From assembly GCA_044223005.1 (NCBI GenBank), contig JBGAML010000011.1:99181-163180 (forward strand): a stretch of 64,000 nt of DNA, read 5' to 3'. Shown one piece after another: positions 1 through 8,674 of the stretch. A program made the position numbers and the translations under genes. Each line of letters begins with the position of its first letter. Position 1 is the first letter of the stretch. This stretch comes from Candidatus Eiseniibacteriota bacterium (lineage in GTDB: Bacteria; Eisenbacteria; RBG-16-71-46). The notes under the pieces are model-generated. The model searched no databases and was not told the origin of the DNA. It saw only the letters and a program-made list of their open reading frames with translations.

Positions 1-1
1 C

Positions 2-1921
2 ATGGCCCTCGGCCGCAACGACGAGGCCGTCTCGCTCGCCGAGCGCGCGGTCGCCGCCGCCGAGCGCGAGAGCCTCGGGATGGAGATCAGCTGGCAGCGC
101 GTGCAGCTCGGCAACGCCTGCCGCGCGCGCGGCCAGGAGGCGCGCGCCCGCGCACTCCTGCGGTCCGTACTCGCGACTCCGATCCCGGGAGACGAACAGC
201 CGCGCGCCGAAGCCGCCGTGAGCCTGGTCGAGTCGCTCGCCGAGGGCGACAGTGTCGCCGCGGCGCTCGCGCTCGCCGAGGCCGAAGCCCCGAAGCCCGG
301 TTCGGGGCTCGAGCAGGAGGTGATCGCGCGGCTCGCGATCGCGCGTGCCGATCTCCTGACGAGGCTCGGCCGGCCCGAGGAGGCGCTGGCCGCCGCCCGG
401 CCCGTCGCGGAGGCGACCGAGGCGAGCGGCGATCTGGAGTGGGCCCTCGCCGCGTGGACGCAGGCCGTGCGCGCCGAACGGCGGCTCGCTCGCCCGGGGG
501 ACGTGGCGCGCGACCTCGAGCGGGCGACGGCGCTCTGGGAGCGGAGCCGCTCGCACGTCGCCGCGCCGGAGTTCCGCGAGGTGCGCGGCGAGCAGGCGCA
601 CGCGCTCATGCTCGAGGCGGTGGCCGAGGCGCTCGAACGCGCGCCCGGCGACGTCGCGTCGCCCTTCGCGATCGTGCAGCGGTTCAAGACGCGCACGCTG
701 CTCGAGCACGTGGCCGGACCGGCCGCGCTCGCGGGGCCGGCGCCGTCGTACCTCGACGCGCCCCTCGCGAGCCTCGCGACGTTCCAGTCGGCGACGCTCG
801 CGCCGGACGAACTCTTCCTCGAATGCGCCTGCGGACCGGAGACGACGTTCGTGATCGCGGTGACGCGCGACACGTGCCGCGTGCTGGCGGCGCCGGGCGC
901 GCGCTCACTCGAGCCCGCGCTGGCCGCGCTCGGCAGCCTGCACGCGCCGACGGAGTCGGCCGAGCGCACGGCGCGCGCGCTCGCGGGCGCGCGGCTGGGG
1001 AGCGCGCTGCTCGGCGACGTGGCCGACCTGCTCGCGAGCCATCCGGCGGTCGTCGTCGCCGCCGACGACGCCCTGCACTCTTCGCCGGTCGGGGAGTGGA
1101 CGCTGCCCGGTGTCGCGGCGTCGCTCGGCGCGACTCACCGGATCGCGTACACGCCTTCGGCGTCGATGCTCGCGCTGCTGCGCGCCCGCCAGGCGCTCGC
1201 GCCGGGGCGCATGCTGGCGATCCTCGGCGCCACGCGCACCGGTGGCGCGACGCTGCGCGGCGCCCGACGCGAGGTGGGAGCGCTCGCCGGCCGCTATCGC
1301 GACATCGAGGAGTGGGACGCCGGCCGCGCCGGTGCTTCACCGCTCACCGTGGCGCGGCTCGCCGGCTACGCCGGGCTGCACTTCGCCGGGCACGCGATCG
1401 TGGATCCGCAGGTGCCGTGGCGCTCGGGGCTGCTGCTCGGCCGCGCCCACGACGGCAGCGATTCGCTGCTGACCGCGGACCGTATCGCGGCCGCGCGAAT
1501 CCCCGCGAGGCTCGTCGTGCTCTCGAGTTGCGAGTCCGGAGCCGGCCGCTCGCGTGCCGGGGAAGGCGTGACCGGTCTCGCCACGGCGTTCCTCGCCGCC
1601 GGCGGATCGGCGGTGGTCGCGTCGCGCTGGCCCGTGGAGGACCGCGCCGCCGCGCAGCTCATGGATCGCTTCTACGCCCACCTCGCGAAGGGCGAGAGCG
1701 CGGATCGCGCCCTCGCGGGCGCGCAGGCGGAACTGCGTGCGGACCCCGCGACGGCCGACCCGTTCTACTGGTCGGGCTTCGTGGTCGTGGGCGACGGCCG
1801 CACGACTTGGCCCCTGGCGGAGCGTCCGGTGACGTCCCGGCGGCTCGCGGGCGGCGCCGCCGCGCTGATCGCCGTGGCCGCCGTCGCGCTCGCGAGCCGG
1901 CGCCGGCGCACCGGCCGCTGA
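2..1921 (+). CDS. TPR-CHAT domain (caspase-like, clan CD) protease with C-terminal membrane anchor; 5' end lies outside the window
   Basis: Helical TPR-like repeats, then CHAT motifs LHFAGHA (catalytic His), LVVLSSCESG (catalytic Cys), GLATAFLAAG, SRWPVED and PFYWSGFVVVGD. Ends in hydrophobic LAGGAAALIAVAAVALA plus RRRR. Confidence 0.9.
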   Translation: MALGRNDEAVSLAERAVAAAERESLGMEISWQRVQLGNACRARGQEARARALLRSVLATPIPGDEQPRAEAAVSLVESLAEGDSVAAALALAEAEAPKPGSGLEQEVIARLAIARADLLTRLGRPEEALAAARPVAEATEASGDLEWALAAWTQAVRAERRLARPGDVARDLERATALWERSRSHVAAPEFREVRGEQAHALMLEAVAEALERAPGDVASPFAIVQRFKTRTLLEHVAGPAALAGPAPSYLDAPLASLATFQSATLAPDELFLECACGPETTFVIAVTRDTCRVLAAPGARSLEPALAALGSLHAPTESAERTARALAGARLGSALLGDVADLLASHPAVVVAADDALHSSPVGEWTLPGVAASLGATHRIAYTPSASMLALLRARQALAPGRMLAILGATRTGGATLRGARREVGALAGRYRDIEEWDAGRAGASPLTVARLAGYAGLHFAGHAIVDPQVPWRSGLLLGRAHDGSDSLLTADRIAAARIPARLVVLSSCESGAGRSRAGEGVTGLATAFLAAGGSAVVASRWPVEDRAAAQLMDRFYAHLAKGESADRALAGAQAELRADPATADPFYWSGFVVVGDGRTTWPLAERPVTSRRLAGGAAALIAVAAVALASRRRRTGR

Positions 1922-2011
1922 CCTCCCGCGCCGCTCGGACGTGGATCGCGGGACGCAACCCCGCTAACCTGTCGCGGTTGCGGCGCGCACCCCGAGGCGC
2001 CGGCGGGTCCT

Positions 2012-2042
2012 TGTGACGAATCGCAGCGCATCCGGGTCTCAC
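2012..2042 (+). promoter_or_regulatory. Putative ECF-sigma promoter TGTGA-N18-GGTCTCAC, ending 3 nt before the ATG (leaderless start likely)
   Basis: Same motif and spacing recur at 3378-3408; no Shine-Dalgarno before the ATG at 2046. Confidence 0.6.
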
Positions 2043-2045
2043 CTC

Positions 2046-2639
2046 ATGACGGACGCACGTCCCGAAGCACTCGACGACGAGGCGCTGTTCGATCTCGCCG
2101 TGTCGCAGCCCGGCACGGCACGCGGGCGCGCGGCCGCGTCGTGCCTGCTCGGACGTCACCAGCAACGTGTCTACCTGTGGTGCCGGCGGTACGTGAGGGA
2201 CCACGACCAGGCGCTCGACCTGGCGCAGGAGGTGCTCTTGAGCGCGTATCGCGCGATGGCGGGCTTCGAAGGCCGGTCGCGCTTCTCGTCGTGGCTGTTC
2301 GCCATCGCGCGCAACAAGTGCCTCAACGCCGTGCGCGCGAAGCGACTGTTCGTGGACGACGACGCCGATCCGGACACGATCGACTCCGACGCGCCCCTGC
2401 CCGAGGCCACGCTCGAACTGGAACAGGACCACGAGCGGCTGCGCGGCGTGCTCGCGCGCCATCTCGACCCGCCCGAGCGCGAGGCGCTCTGGCTCTCGGT
2501 CGCGGAGCGGCTGTCCGTGGACGAGATCACCCGCGTCATGGGACTCGGCAACGCGACCGGCGCCCGCGGCCTGCTGCAGAAGGCCCGTCGCCGCCTGCGC
2601 GCCGCGCTCGAGCGCGGCCACCTGGAGGAGCCGTCGTGA
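2046..2639 (+). CDS. ECF-type RNA polymerase sigma-70 factor
   Basis: Region 2: DLAQEVLLSAYRAMAGFEGRSRFSSWLFAIARNKCLN. Region 4: LSVDEITRVMGLGNATGARGLLQKARRRLR. ATG at 2046 preferred over GTG at 2013. Confidence 0.92.
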   Translation: MTDARPEALDDEALFDLAVSQPGTARGRAAASCLLGRHQQRVYLWCRRYVRDHDQALDLAQEVLLSAYRAMAGFEGRSRFSSWLFAIARNKCLNAVRAKRLFVDDDADPDTIDSDAPLPEATLELEQDHERLRGVLARHLDPPEREALWLSVAERLSVDEITRVMGLGNATGARGLLQKARRRLRAALERGHLEEPS

Positions 2640-3334
2640 GCACGGATCGCTGCTTCCCGCCCGAGGACGCCGCCCGCGTCGCCGCGCTGGCCGCGGATTC
2701 GCCCGAGCGCCGGCACGCCGCCGACTGCCCGCGCTGCGCTGCGCTGCTTTCCGCCTTCGCCGCCTACGAGGCCGCGGATCCGGCCGGCGTGCCGGCGCGC
2801 GATCTCGCGGACGCGAACGCGCGCCTTTCGGCGGCGCTCGCGCAGGAGATCGGCGACCTCGAGGAGGAGCCGGCCCCCGCGCCGCGCGCGATCCGCGCGG
2901 CGCCGCGTGAGCTCCCGTGGTTCCTGCGGCCCGCGCTGCGGCCGGCGTTCGCGCTGGCGGCGCTGCTGCTCGCGGTGGGCACGTTCGCGTGGCTGCGGCC
3001 CGGCCATGACGGCGGCGCGCCCGAACTGCGCGGCGGCGGCAGGGCCGCACCCGAGATCGCGCAGGCCGACTTCGCGGCGGATTCGCTCCGGCTCGCGTGG
3101 CACGGCATGCCGGGCGCCGACGCCTACGAGGTGCGCTTCTATTCGAGCGAGCTCGCCGAGTTGGGAAATGCCGGTCCGACGGCCGATTCGAGCCTCGCGC
3201 TCGGCGCGAGCGTGCTCGGCTTCAGTGTCCCGCCGGGCGAGACCGTGCTCGTGCGCGTGATCGCGCTCGGCCAGGGCGCGCCGCTCGGCACGTCGCCGAC
3301 GCGGGCGATCGTTCGGGGCGCTGCGGCGCACTGA
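2636..3334 (+). CDS. Putative anti-sigma factor: zinc-finger (HxxxCxxC) N-terminus, one TM helix, extracytoplasmic Fn3/Ig-like domain
   Basis: GTGA overlap with the sigma stop. Motifs HAADCPRC, TM AFALAALLLAVGTFAWL, linker GGAPELRGGGR, then LRLAWHGMPGADAYEVRFY. Confidence 0.8.
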   Translation: MSTDRCFPPEDAARVAALAADSPERRHAADCPRCAALLSAFAAYEAADPAGVPARDLADANARLSAALAQEIGDLEEEPAPAPRAIRAAPRELPWFLRPALRPAFALAALLLAVGTFAWLRPGHDGGAPELRGGGRAAPEIAQADFAADSLRLAWHGMPGADAYEVRFYSSELAELGNAGPTADSSLALGASVLGFSVPPGETVLVRVIALGQGAPLGTSPTRAIVRGAAAH

Positions 3335-3377
3335 CGCGCCCCGCCGGCACCTCCGGCCGGCGCAATCTTCATCGCGG

Positions 3378-3408
3378 TGTGATTTCCCGCGGGGCTTCGC
3401 GGTCCCAC
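3378..3408 (+). promoter_or_regulatory. Putative ECF-sigma promoter TGTGA-N18-GGTCCCAC upstream of the FG-GAP gene
   Basis: Matches 2012-2042; GGAGG RBS at 3443-3447. Confidence 0.6.
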
Positions 3409-3454
3409 TCGCCGGACCCGTCCCGGCCGACCGCTCTTCACCGGAGGAAGCCCC

Positions 3455-6400
3455 ATGTCCCCACGTGCCCGCCTGCTGCTGCTCGTTCTCGGAGCCGTCC
3501 TCGCGCTCCCGCTGGCCCGGCCCGCGTTCGCCAACTGGGCGAGCGACGGGACGCCCGTCGCGAACAACTCCGGCACCCAGTCCATCGGGTACCTGTACGA
3601 CACGCCCGGCAGCGCGGTGGCGCCGGACGGCCGCGGCGGCGTGTTCGTCGCGTACACGACCAACAGCGGTGACTCGATCCGGATCAACCACATCGACGGC
3701 ATCACCGGGAACCGGCTCTGGGGGACCAACGGCCTCAAGGTGAACGAGGGCGGCAACGGCGCCTCCGTGCCGCAGGTGCTTCCCGACAGCCTGGGTGGCG
3801 TCTGGATCGCGTGGCTCGACACCGGCGGTGGCACCACCACCGTGCGCGCGCAGCACTACGACCGCAACGGCGTCGAGATGGGCACCGCCGGCGGGTTCGC
3901 CGCGATGGGCGAGATCGGGACCGCGGTGCCGGGAGGGCCCGTGATCGCGCGTGGCGTGGGCAGCACGCACCTGCTCCTCGCGGCGCGTTACACCGCTACG
4001 GCGGGCGTCCGGGTCGTCGACATCCGGATCCAGGGAAACGGCTTCCTGCCCTTCATCGGCATGCAGGCGCAGGTGAGTACCGACCTCGTGCCCGCGAGCG
4101 CTTCACCGCTGCAGCTCTTCTCCGACGGTGGGGGTGGCGGCTGGATCGTGTGGCCCGCACTCAACTCGCCGCTCGCGGGAATCGGCACCTTCGGCCGCAT
4201 CTCGGCGAACCGGTTCGCGTCCAACGGTGCCGTGCAGTGGGGCGCGAACGGCGTGGTCGTCCAGTCATCCGCCAGCGTGGCCCTCGACGACATGGATGCG
4301 CTCTCGACCGGGACGGACCTCTACGTCGTCTGGCGCCACACGACGACGACCAGCGACGGCATCCATGCCCAGCGCCTGGATGGCTCGGGCGTGCTGCAAT
4401 GGGGCGCGAATACCACCGGCGCGACGGTCGCGGCGTTCCCCGCGACGGCGTGGAGCAACTACCCGGGCGTACTCGCGCAACCGCGGCTCGCGAGCGACGC
4501 GGTGACCGGACTGTGGGTCGCGTGGATCGACGCCCGCGACTACAACCGGCCGGCGCCGAACGGCATCCACCATTTCCAGGACGCGTACGTGCAGCGGTTG
4601 AGTGGGACGGGAGCGCGCCAGCTCGCGACGGCCGGGGCCCCGATCGACACGATGCCGGGCTCGCTCGAGCAGGTGCGGGTCGAAGCGACCGATTCGGGCG
4701 CACTGCTGGTGGCCTACCGCTCCTGGCTCTTCGACAACGGGGACATCTATCTGGCGCGCGTCGCGTTCGCGGGCACGATCGTGTGGAGCGACTGGCTCAA
4801 CAAGTCCGGCAGTCTCCTGCTCAACGACAACATCCAGACGTCGCCCGTGCTCGCCGCCGACGGCTTCGGTGGCGTCTTCGTGGGCTGGGACGACAACCGG
4901 ATTGCGGGAAACCCGGACGTCTACGTCTCGCACCGGACGAGCTCCGGCGGTCTCGGCGGCCCCACGCTCACCGTGACGGCGCCGAACGGAGGCGAGACGC
5001 TGGTTCCCTTCTCGACGTCGAACCTCACGTGGACCAGCACTCAGCTGGGAGACGTCTCCAGCCTCTCCAACATCCGGCTCGAATACGCGGTCGTGGGCCA
5101 GCCGCGCGTCACGATCACCTCCTCCACGGCGAACGACGGCACGTTCGCGTGGGCGGTGCCCGACCTGCGCTCGAACGCGGTGAAGGTGTACGCCTCCGAC
5201 GTGACGACCGGGACGATCGCCGACAGCAGCAACGCCGTGTTCTCGGTGTGCAGCTCGCTCGCGCTCACCGACAGCACGACCCTGATGCTCGGCGCGAACG
5301 ACGTCCGGCTCGCCGATCTCGACTTCGACGGCGCGCTGGATCTCGTGATTCCGAACGCGATCGGGATCTCGATCTGTCGCGGCACGGGCACGGGCTCGTT
5401 CCGGCCTGCCGAGTCGGTCCTGATCGGCAGCGGCGGCCGCAACGTCGCGGTCGAAGACTTCGACGGGGACGGGCTCCTCGATCTCGCCGTCACGATCAGC
5501 AACTTCGTGAGCGTCCTGCGGGGCCACGGAACGAACGGCCACTGGGACAGCACCTTCACCGCTGCGGTCAACTACCCCGCGGGCCCCGGCGCACGCGACC
5601 TCGTCGCGGCCGACTTCGACGAGGATGGGATCCTCGATCTCGCCGTGCTGGACGGGCTCGCGAACACGGTGTCGATCCTGCGCGGCAACGGCGACAATGG
5701 CACCGGCGACGCCACGTTCGCCGCACCCGTCGCCTACGCGGTGGGCGTGAGCCCTTCGCGGCTCGTGGCCGGGGACTTCAATGAGGACGGCATCCTCGAT
5801 CTCGCCAACACGAACGGGAATGCGACGACGCCGAGCGTCACCGTGCTGCTCGGCAACGGCAGTGGCGGGAAGGGTGACGGCACGTTCGCCCCGGCCGTCG
5901 CCTACCCGGTCGGCTCGACGCCGATCGGGATCACGTCCGCCGACTTCGATGGAAACGGCATCGCCGATCTGGCGGTGTCGTGCAACTCGTCCGTGGGTGT
6001 GGGCGTCCTGTTCGGCAAAGGCACCGGCGACGTCGGCGACGGCACGTTCGGCGGTGTGAGCAACATCTCGATCGGCGGCAACGCGATCGACGTGAAGGCC
6101 TCGGACGTCGACGCCGACGGCAAGGTCGACCTGGTCGTGATCTCCAACACGCTCCACACGGCGGTGATCCTCCACGGCAACGGCAGCGGCACGTTCACCA
6201 CCGGAACGCCGTTCGTGGCGGGCCGCGCCCCGCTCATGCTCGCGATGGGCGACGTGAACGGCGACGGCGAGGTGGATGCCCTCTGCGCGAACTCGAGCAA
6301 CACCAATGTGACCGTGCTGCGGGGTGGGTGCCCGAACGTCGGGCCGTCGCAGCTCGTTCTCTCGACTCCGAACGGTGGCGAGTTCCTGAGCGTGGGGAAC

Positions 6401-8602
6401 GCCACGACCGTGTTGCACACCCGCTCGGACAACATCCCGCTCGTGGACGTCGAGGTGTCGCGCGACGACGGCGCGCACTGGCGGCCGCTCGTCCGCAACG
6501 CCATGGGCAAGCTGTTCACGTGGGACGTGGCGCCGCCCGTGACGGGTGCCGCACGCCTGCGCGTCGTCGATGCGCAGCGTCGCGGCGTCTCCGATGCCAC
6601 GAACGCATCGTTCGTGGTCGCGACGCACGGGATCCTCGTCACGCATCCCTCCGGTGGCACGGTCACGGCGTTCGCGCCGGACACGATTCGCTGGATCACG
6701 CCCGGAACGCCCACCGTGTCGCTGTCGTACCGCATCGGCAACGGTCCCGCGCGGCCGATCGCGAGCAACGTCCCGGGCACGGGCGCGTTCGCGTGGATGC
6801 CGCCGGACACGCAGGTCACCAACCTGCGCGTGATCGTCGCCAGCACGAGTCCGGCCGCGGCCGACACGAGCGCCGAGGACGTCGCGATCTGCGAGCGCTT
6901 CGACCCGGCGATCCTGCTTCCCTCGGGTGGCTTCCCGTACGACGTGGCGGCCGCCGACTTCGACGGCGACGGCATCGAGGATCTCGTCGCCGCGACGAAC
7001 CCCGGCGTGGACGTCCACCTCGGGCTGGGCAGCGGCGGCATCGGCAACGGAACGTTCGCGCCACCCGTGGCCTACCCCACGGAGCAGGCCGCCACCCGGC
7101 TCGCGCTGGGCGACCTCAACGAAGATGGGCGGCCGGACGTGGTGACCAACTCGGCGAGCGGGTTCCAGGTGCTGCTCGATACGAGCGGGGGTGTGCTCGG
7201 CACGGCCACGGGCTTCGGGAACGCGGACACGACTCTCGACGTCGCGATCGGCGACGCCGATCTCGACGGCATCGAGGACGTGTTCGCCTCGGAACCGGGC
7301 ACGTCCCGGATCGAGACGCGTTTCGGCACGGGCCAGAACGGCGTCGGTGACGGCGGCTTCGGCGGCCAGGCCGTGCTCTCCTGCCCGATCGCTCCGGGGC
7401 GCATCTGCGTCGTCGATGTGGACCAGGACGGCGATCTCGACGTCATCGCCACGCAGAAGTCGACGGGGGCCGTCATGGTCGCGCTCGGCGGCTTCACGGG
7501 AAGCAATCACCACTACGTTCCGGGCGCCGGCGGGACGACTGTCTACGACCTGACGCACCTCCTCGGGGCGCCCACGATCGCGGACTTCGACGGCGACGGC
7601 GTGCTCGACATCGCCGTTTCGACGACGAACATGCTGCGGATCCTGCCGGGACTCGCCGTCAACGGCCACCCGATGGGCATCTTCGGCCTTCCCACCGACG
7701 GCCTGCTGCCCAACGTCCTGGGGGACGAGCTCGCCGTCGCGGACCTCAACGGAGATGCGCTCCCGGACCTCGTCGCGAACACCGCCGACGGTGGCAGGGG
7801 CCTGCGGGGCATGCTCAACCGTGGCGGGTTCGTGTTCGAGTACGTCGGCGAAGCCTTCACCGGACTGCCCACGGTGCGAGGCCTGCTCCTTTCGGACTTC
7901 AATCGGGACGGCAGCCCCGACGTCGTGCTCGGCGGGGCGGCCACGCCCGGGCTCGCGCTGCTGGCCGGCGACCCGTGCACGAGCTTCTCGCGCTTCGTCT
8001 CGTTCACGCCGCCCGCGCCGGGCGCAGTGACTGGCGCGAGCCCCGCGGCGGCCGCGACCACGTGGGCCGTCGACGAAACGCACGCTCTCACGTGGACCAA
8101 GAGCCCGAACGTGTTCCTCGTGGACCTGCAGGCGTCGCGGAACGGCGGCGCCACGTGGGAGACGATCGCGCGCGACGTGCCCGGCACGTCGTTCGCGTGG
8201 ACCGTGACGCGCCCGGCCACGTCGTCGCTCACGTTCCGTGCACGCGACGCGGCGAGCACGCTCACCAGCGCTCCGACCGTCACGCCGGTCGTCGTGACCG
8301 ATCCGGTGGCGGGCGTCGGCGACGCGCTGCCGGTGTCGGTCGCGTTCTCGGCCGCGTGGCCGAACCCCTCGCACGGGGACGTCCGCTTCGAGCTCGGGCT
8401 GCCGCGAGCACAGGCCGTGGACGTCACGGTGTACGACGTCGCGGGCCGCGAAGTCGGCGTGCTCGCGCGCGGCGTCCTGCCCGCGGGCCGTCATGCGCTG
8501 TGCTGGGACGCGGGGCACGGGAGCGCGCCCGCGGGCGTCTACCTCGTGCGCGCTCGCACCGAAGGTCTGGACGCGGTGCGCCGGATCGTGCGCGTTCGCT
8601 GA
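3455..8602 (+). CDS. Large secreted FG-GAP/VCBS-repeat protein with Ig-like spacers and a C-terminal FlgD-Ig/T9SS-CTD-like domain
   Basis: Signal peptide (..ARPAFA). N-terminal DGxGG..W.D propeller-like repeats. Two clusters of DFDGDG.xDL repeats. PNGGE Ig-like modules. C-terminal WPNPS..VYDVAGREV..PAGVYLVR. Confidence 0.9.
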   Translation: MSPRARLLLLVLGAVLALPLARPAFANWASDGTPVANNSGTQSIGYLYDTPGSAVAPDGRGGVFVAYTTNSGDSIRINHIDGITGNRLWGTNGLKVNEGGNGASVPQVLPDSLGGVWIAWLDTGGGTTTVRAQHYDRNGVEMGTAGGFAAMGEIGTAVPGGPVIARGVGSTHLLLAARYTATAGVRVVDIRIQGNGFLPFIGMQAQVSTDLVPASASPLQLFSDGGGGGWIVWPALNSPLAGIGTFGRISANRFASNGAVQWGANGVVVQSSASVALDDMDALSTGTDLYVVWRHTTTTSDGIHAQRLDGSGVLQWGANTTGATVAAFPATAWSNYPGVLAQPRLASDAVTGLWVAWIDARDYNRPAPNGIHHFQDAYVQRLSGTGARQLATAGAPIDTMPGSLEQVRVEATDSGALLVAYRSWLFDNGDIYLARVAFAGTIVWSDWLNKSGSLLLNDNIQTSPVLAADGFGGVFVGWDDNRIAGNPDVYVSHRTSSGGLGGPTLTVTAPNGGETLVPFSTSNLTWTSTQLGDVSSLSNIRLEYAVVGQPRVTITSSTANDGTFAWAVPDLRSNAVKVYASDVTTGTIADSSNAVFSVCSSLALTDSTTLMLGANDVRLADLDFDGALDLVIPNAIGISICRGTGTGSFRPAESVLIGSGGRNVAVEDFDGDGLLDLAVTISNFVSVLRGHGTNGHWDSTFTAAVNYPAGPGARDLVAADFDEDGILDLAVLDGLANTVSILRGNGDNGTGDATFAAPVAYAVGVSPSRLVAGDFNEDGILDLANTNGNATTPSVTVLLGNGSGGKGDGTFAPAVAYPVGSTPIGITSADFDGNGIADLAVSCNSSVGVGVLFGKGTGDVGDGTFGGVSNISIGGNAIDVKASDVDADGKVDLVVISNTLHTAVILHGNGSGTFTTGTPFVAGRAPLMLAMGDVNGDGEVDALCANSSNTNVTVLRGGCPNVGPSQLVLSTPNGGEFLSVGNATTVLHTRSDNIPLVDVEVSRDDGAHWRPLVRNAMGKLFTWDVAPPVTGAARLRVVDAQRRGVSDATNASFVVATHGILVTHPSGGTVTAFAPDTIRWITPGTPTVSLSYRIGNGPARPIASNVPGTGAFAWMPPDTQVTNLRVIVASTSPAAADTSAEDVAICERFDPAILLPSGGFPYDVAAADFDGDGIEDLVAATNPGVDVHLGLGSGGIGNGTFAPPVAYPTEQAATRLALGDLNEDGRPDVVTNSASGFQVLLDTSGGVLGTATGFGNADTTLDVAIGDADLDGIEDVFASEPGTSRIETRFGTGQNGVGDGGFGGQAVLSCPIAPGRICVVDVDQDGDLDVIATQKSTGAVMVALGGFTGSNHHYVPGAGGTTVYDLTHLLGAPTIADFDGDGVLDIAVSTTNMLRILPGLAVNGHPMGIFGLPTDGLLPNVLGDELAVADLNGDALPDLVANTADGGRGLRGMLNRGGFVFEYVGEAFTGLPTVRGLLLSDFNRDGSPDVVLGGAATPGLALLAGDPCTSFSRFVSFTPPAPGAVTGASPAAAATTWAVDETHALTWTKSPNVFLVDLQASRNGGATWETIARDVPGTSFAWTVTRPATSSLTFRARDAASTLTSAPTVTPVVVTDPVAGVGDALPVSVAFSAAWPNPSHGDVRFELGLPRAQAVDVTVYDVAGREVGVLARGVLPAGRHALCWDAGHGSAPAGVYLVRARTEGLDAVRRIVRVR

Positions 8603-8624
8603 CGCGCCTCGCGCAGGAACGAAT

Positions 8625-8654
8625 CGGCGGCCGGCTCGAGCGAGCCGGCCGCCG
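8625..8654. terminator. GC-rich hairpin between convergent genes (possible bidirectional terminator)
   Basis: cggcggccggctcg-ag-cgagccggccgccg inverted repeat. Confidence 0.55.
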
Positions 8655-8674
8655 TTCGCGTGCCGTGCGTGCCG

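Noticed and set aside
2013..2045. GTG at 2013 as the sigma start, and other long N-terminal extensions in the ORF track (pirin, PLD, DUF5916, nadC, tatC, groEL, dapD)
   Set aside because: The extensions are low-complexity or run through promoters or upstream genes; downstream starts fit RBS, overlap or family N-termini better.
2..3334. CHAT plus sigma as part of a type III-E CRISPR (Craspase) locus
   Set aside because: No cas genes or repeat-spacer array in the window, and the CHAT and anti-sigma proteins are membrane-anchored. Sequence upstream of the window is unseen.
5300..7950. Recurrent gacttcgacggcgac-like nucleotide repeats as CRISPR or DGR repeats
   Set aside because: They encode FG-GAP DxDGDG motifs in frame, are degenerate and irregularly spaced, and there is no reverse transcriptase.
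4265..8518. Very long antisense or alternate-frame ORFs (e.g. 4265-8518, 8660-11266, 13233-15959, 17410-20601, 24580-28746, 47950-50877)
   Set aside because: Shadow ORFs caused by high GC and codon bias; they are R/A/G/P-rich with no motifs and overlap well-supported genes.
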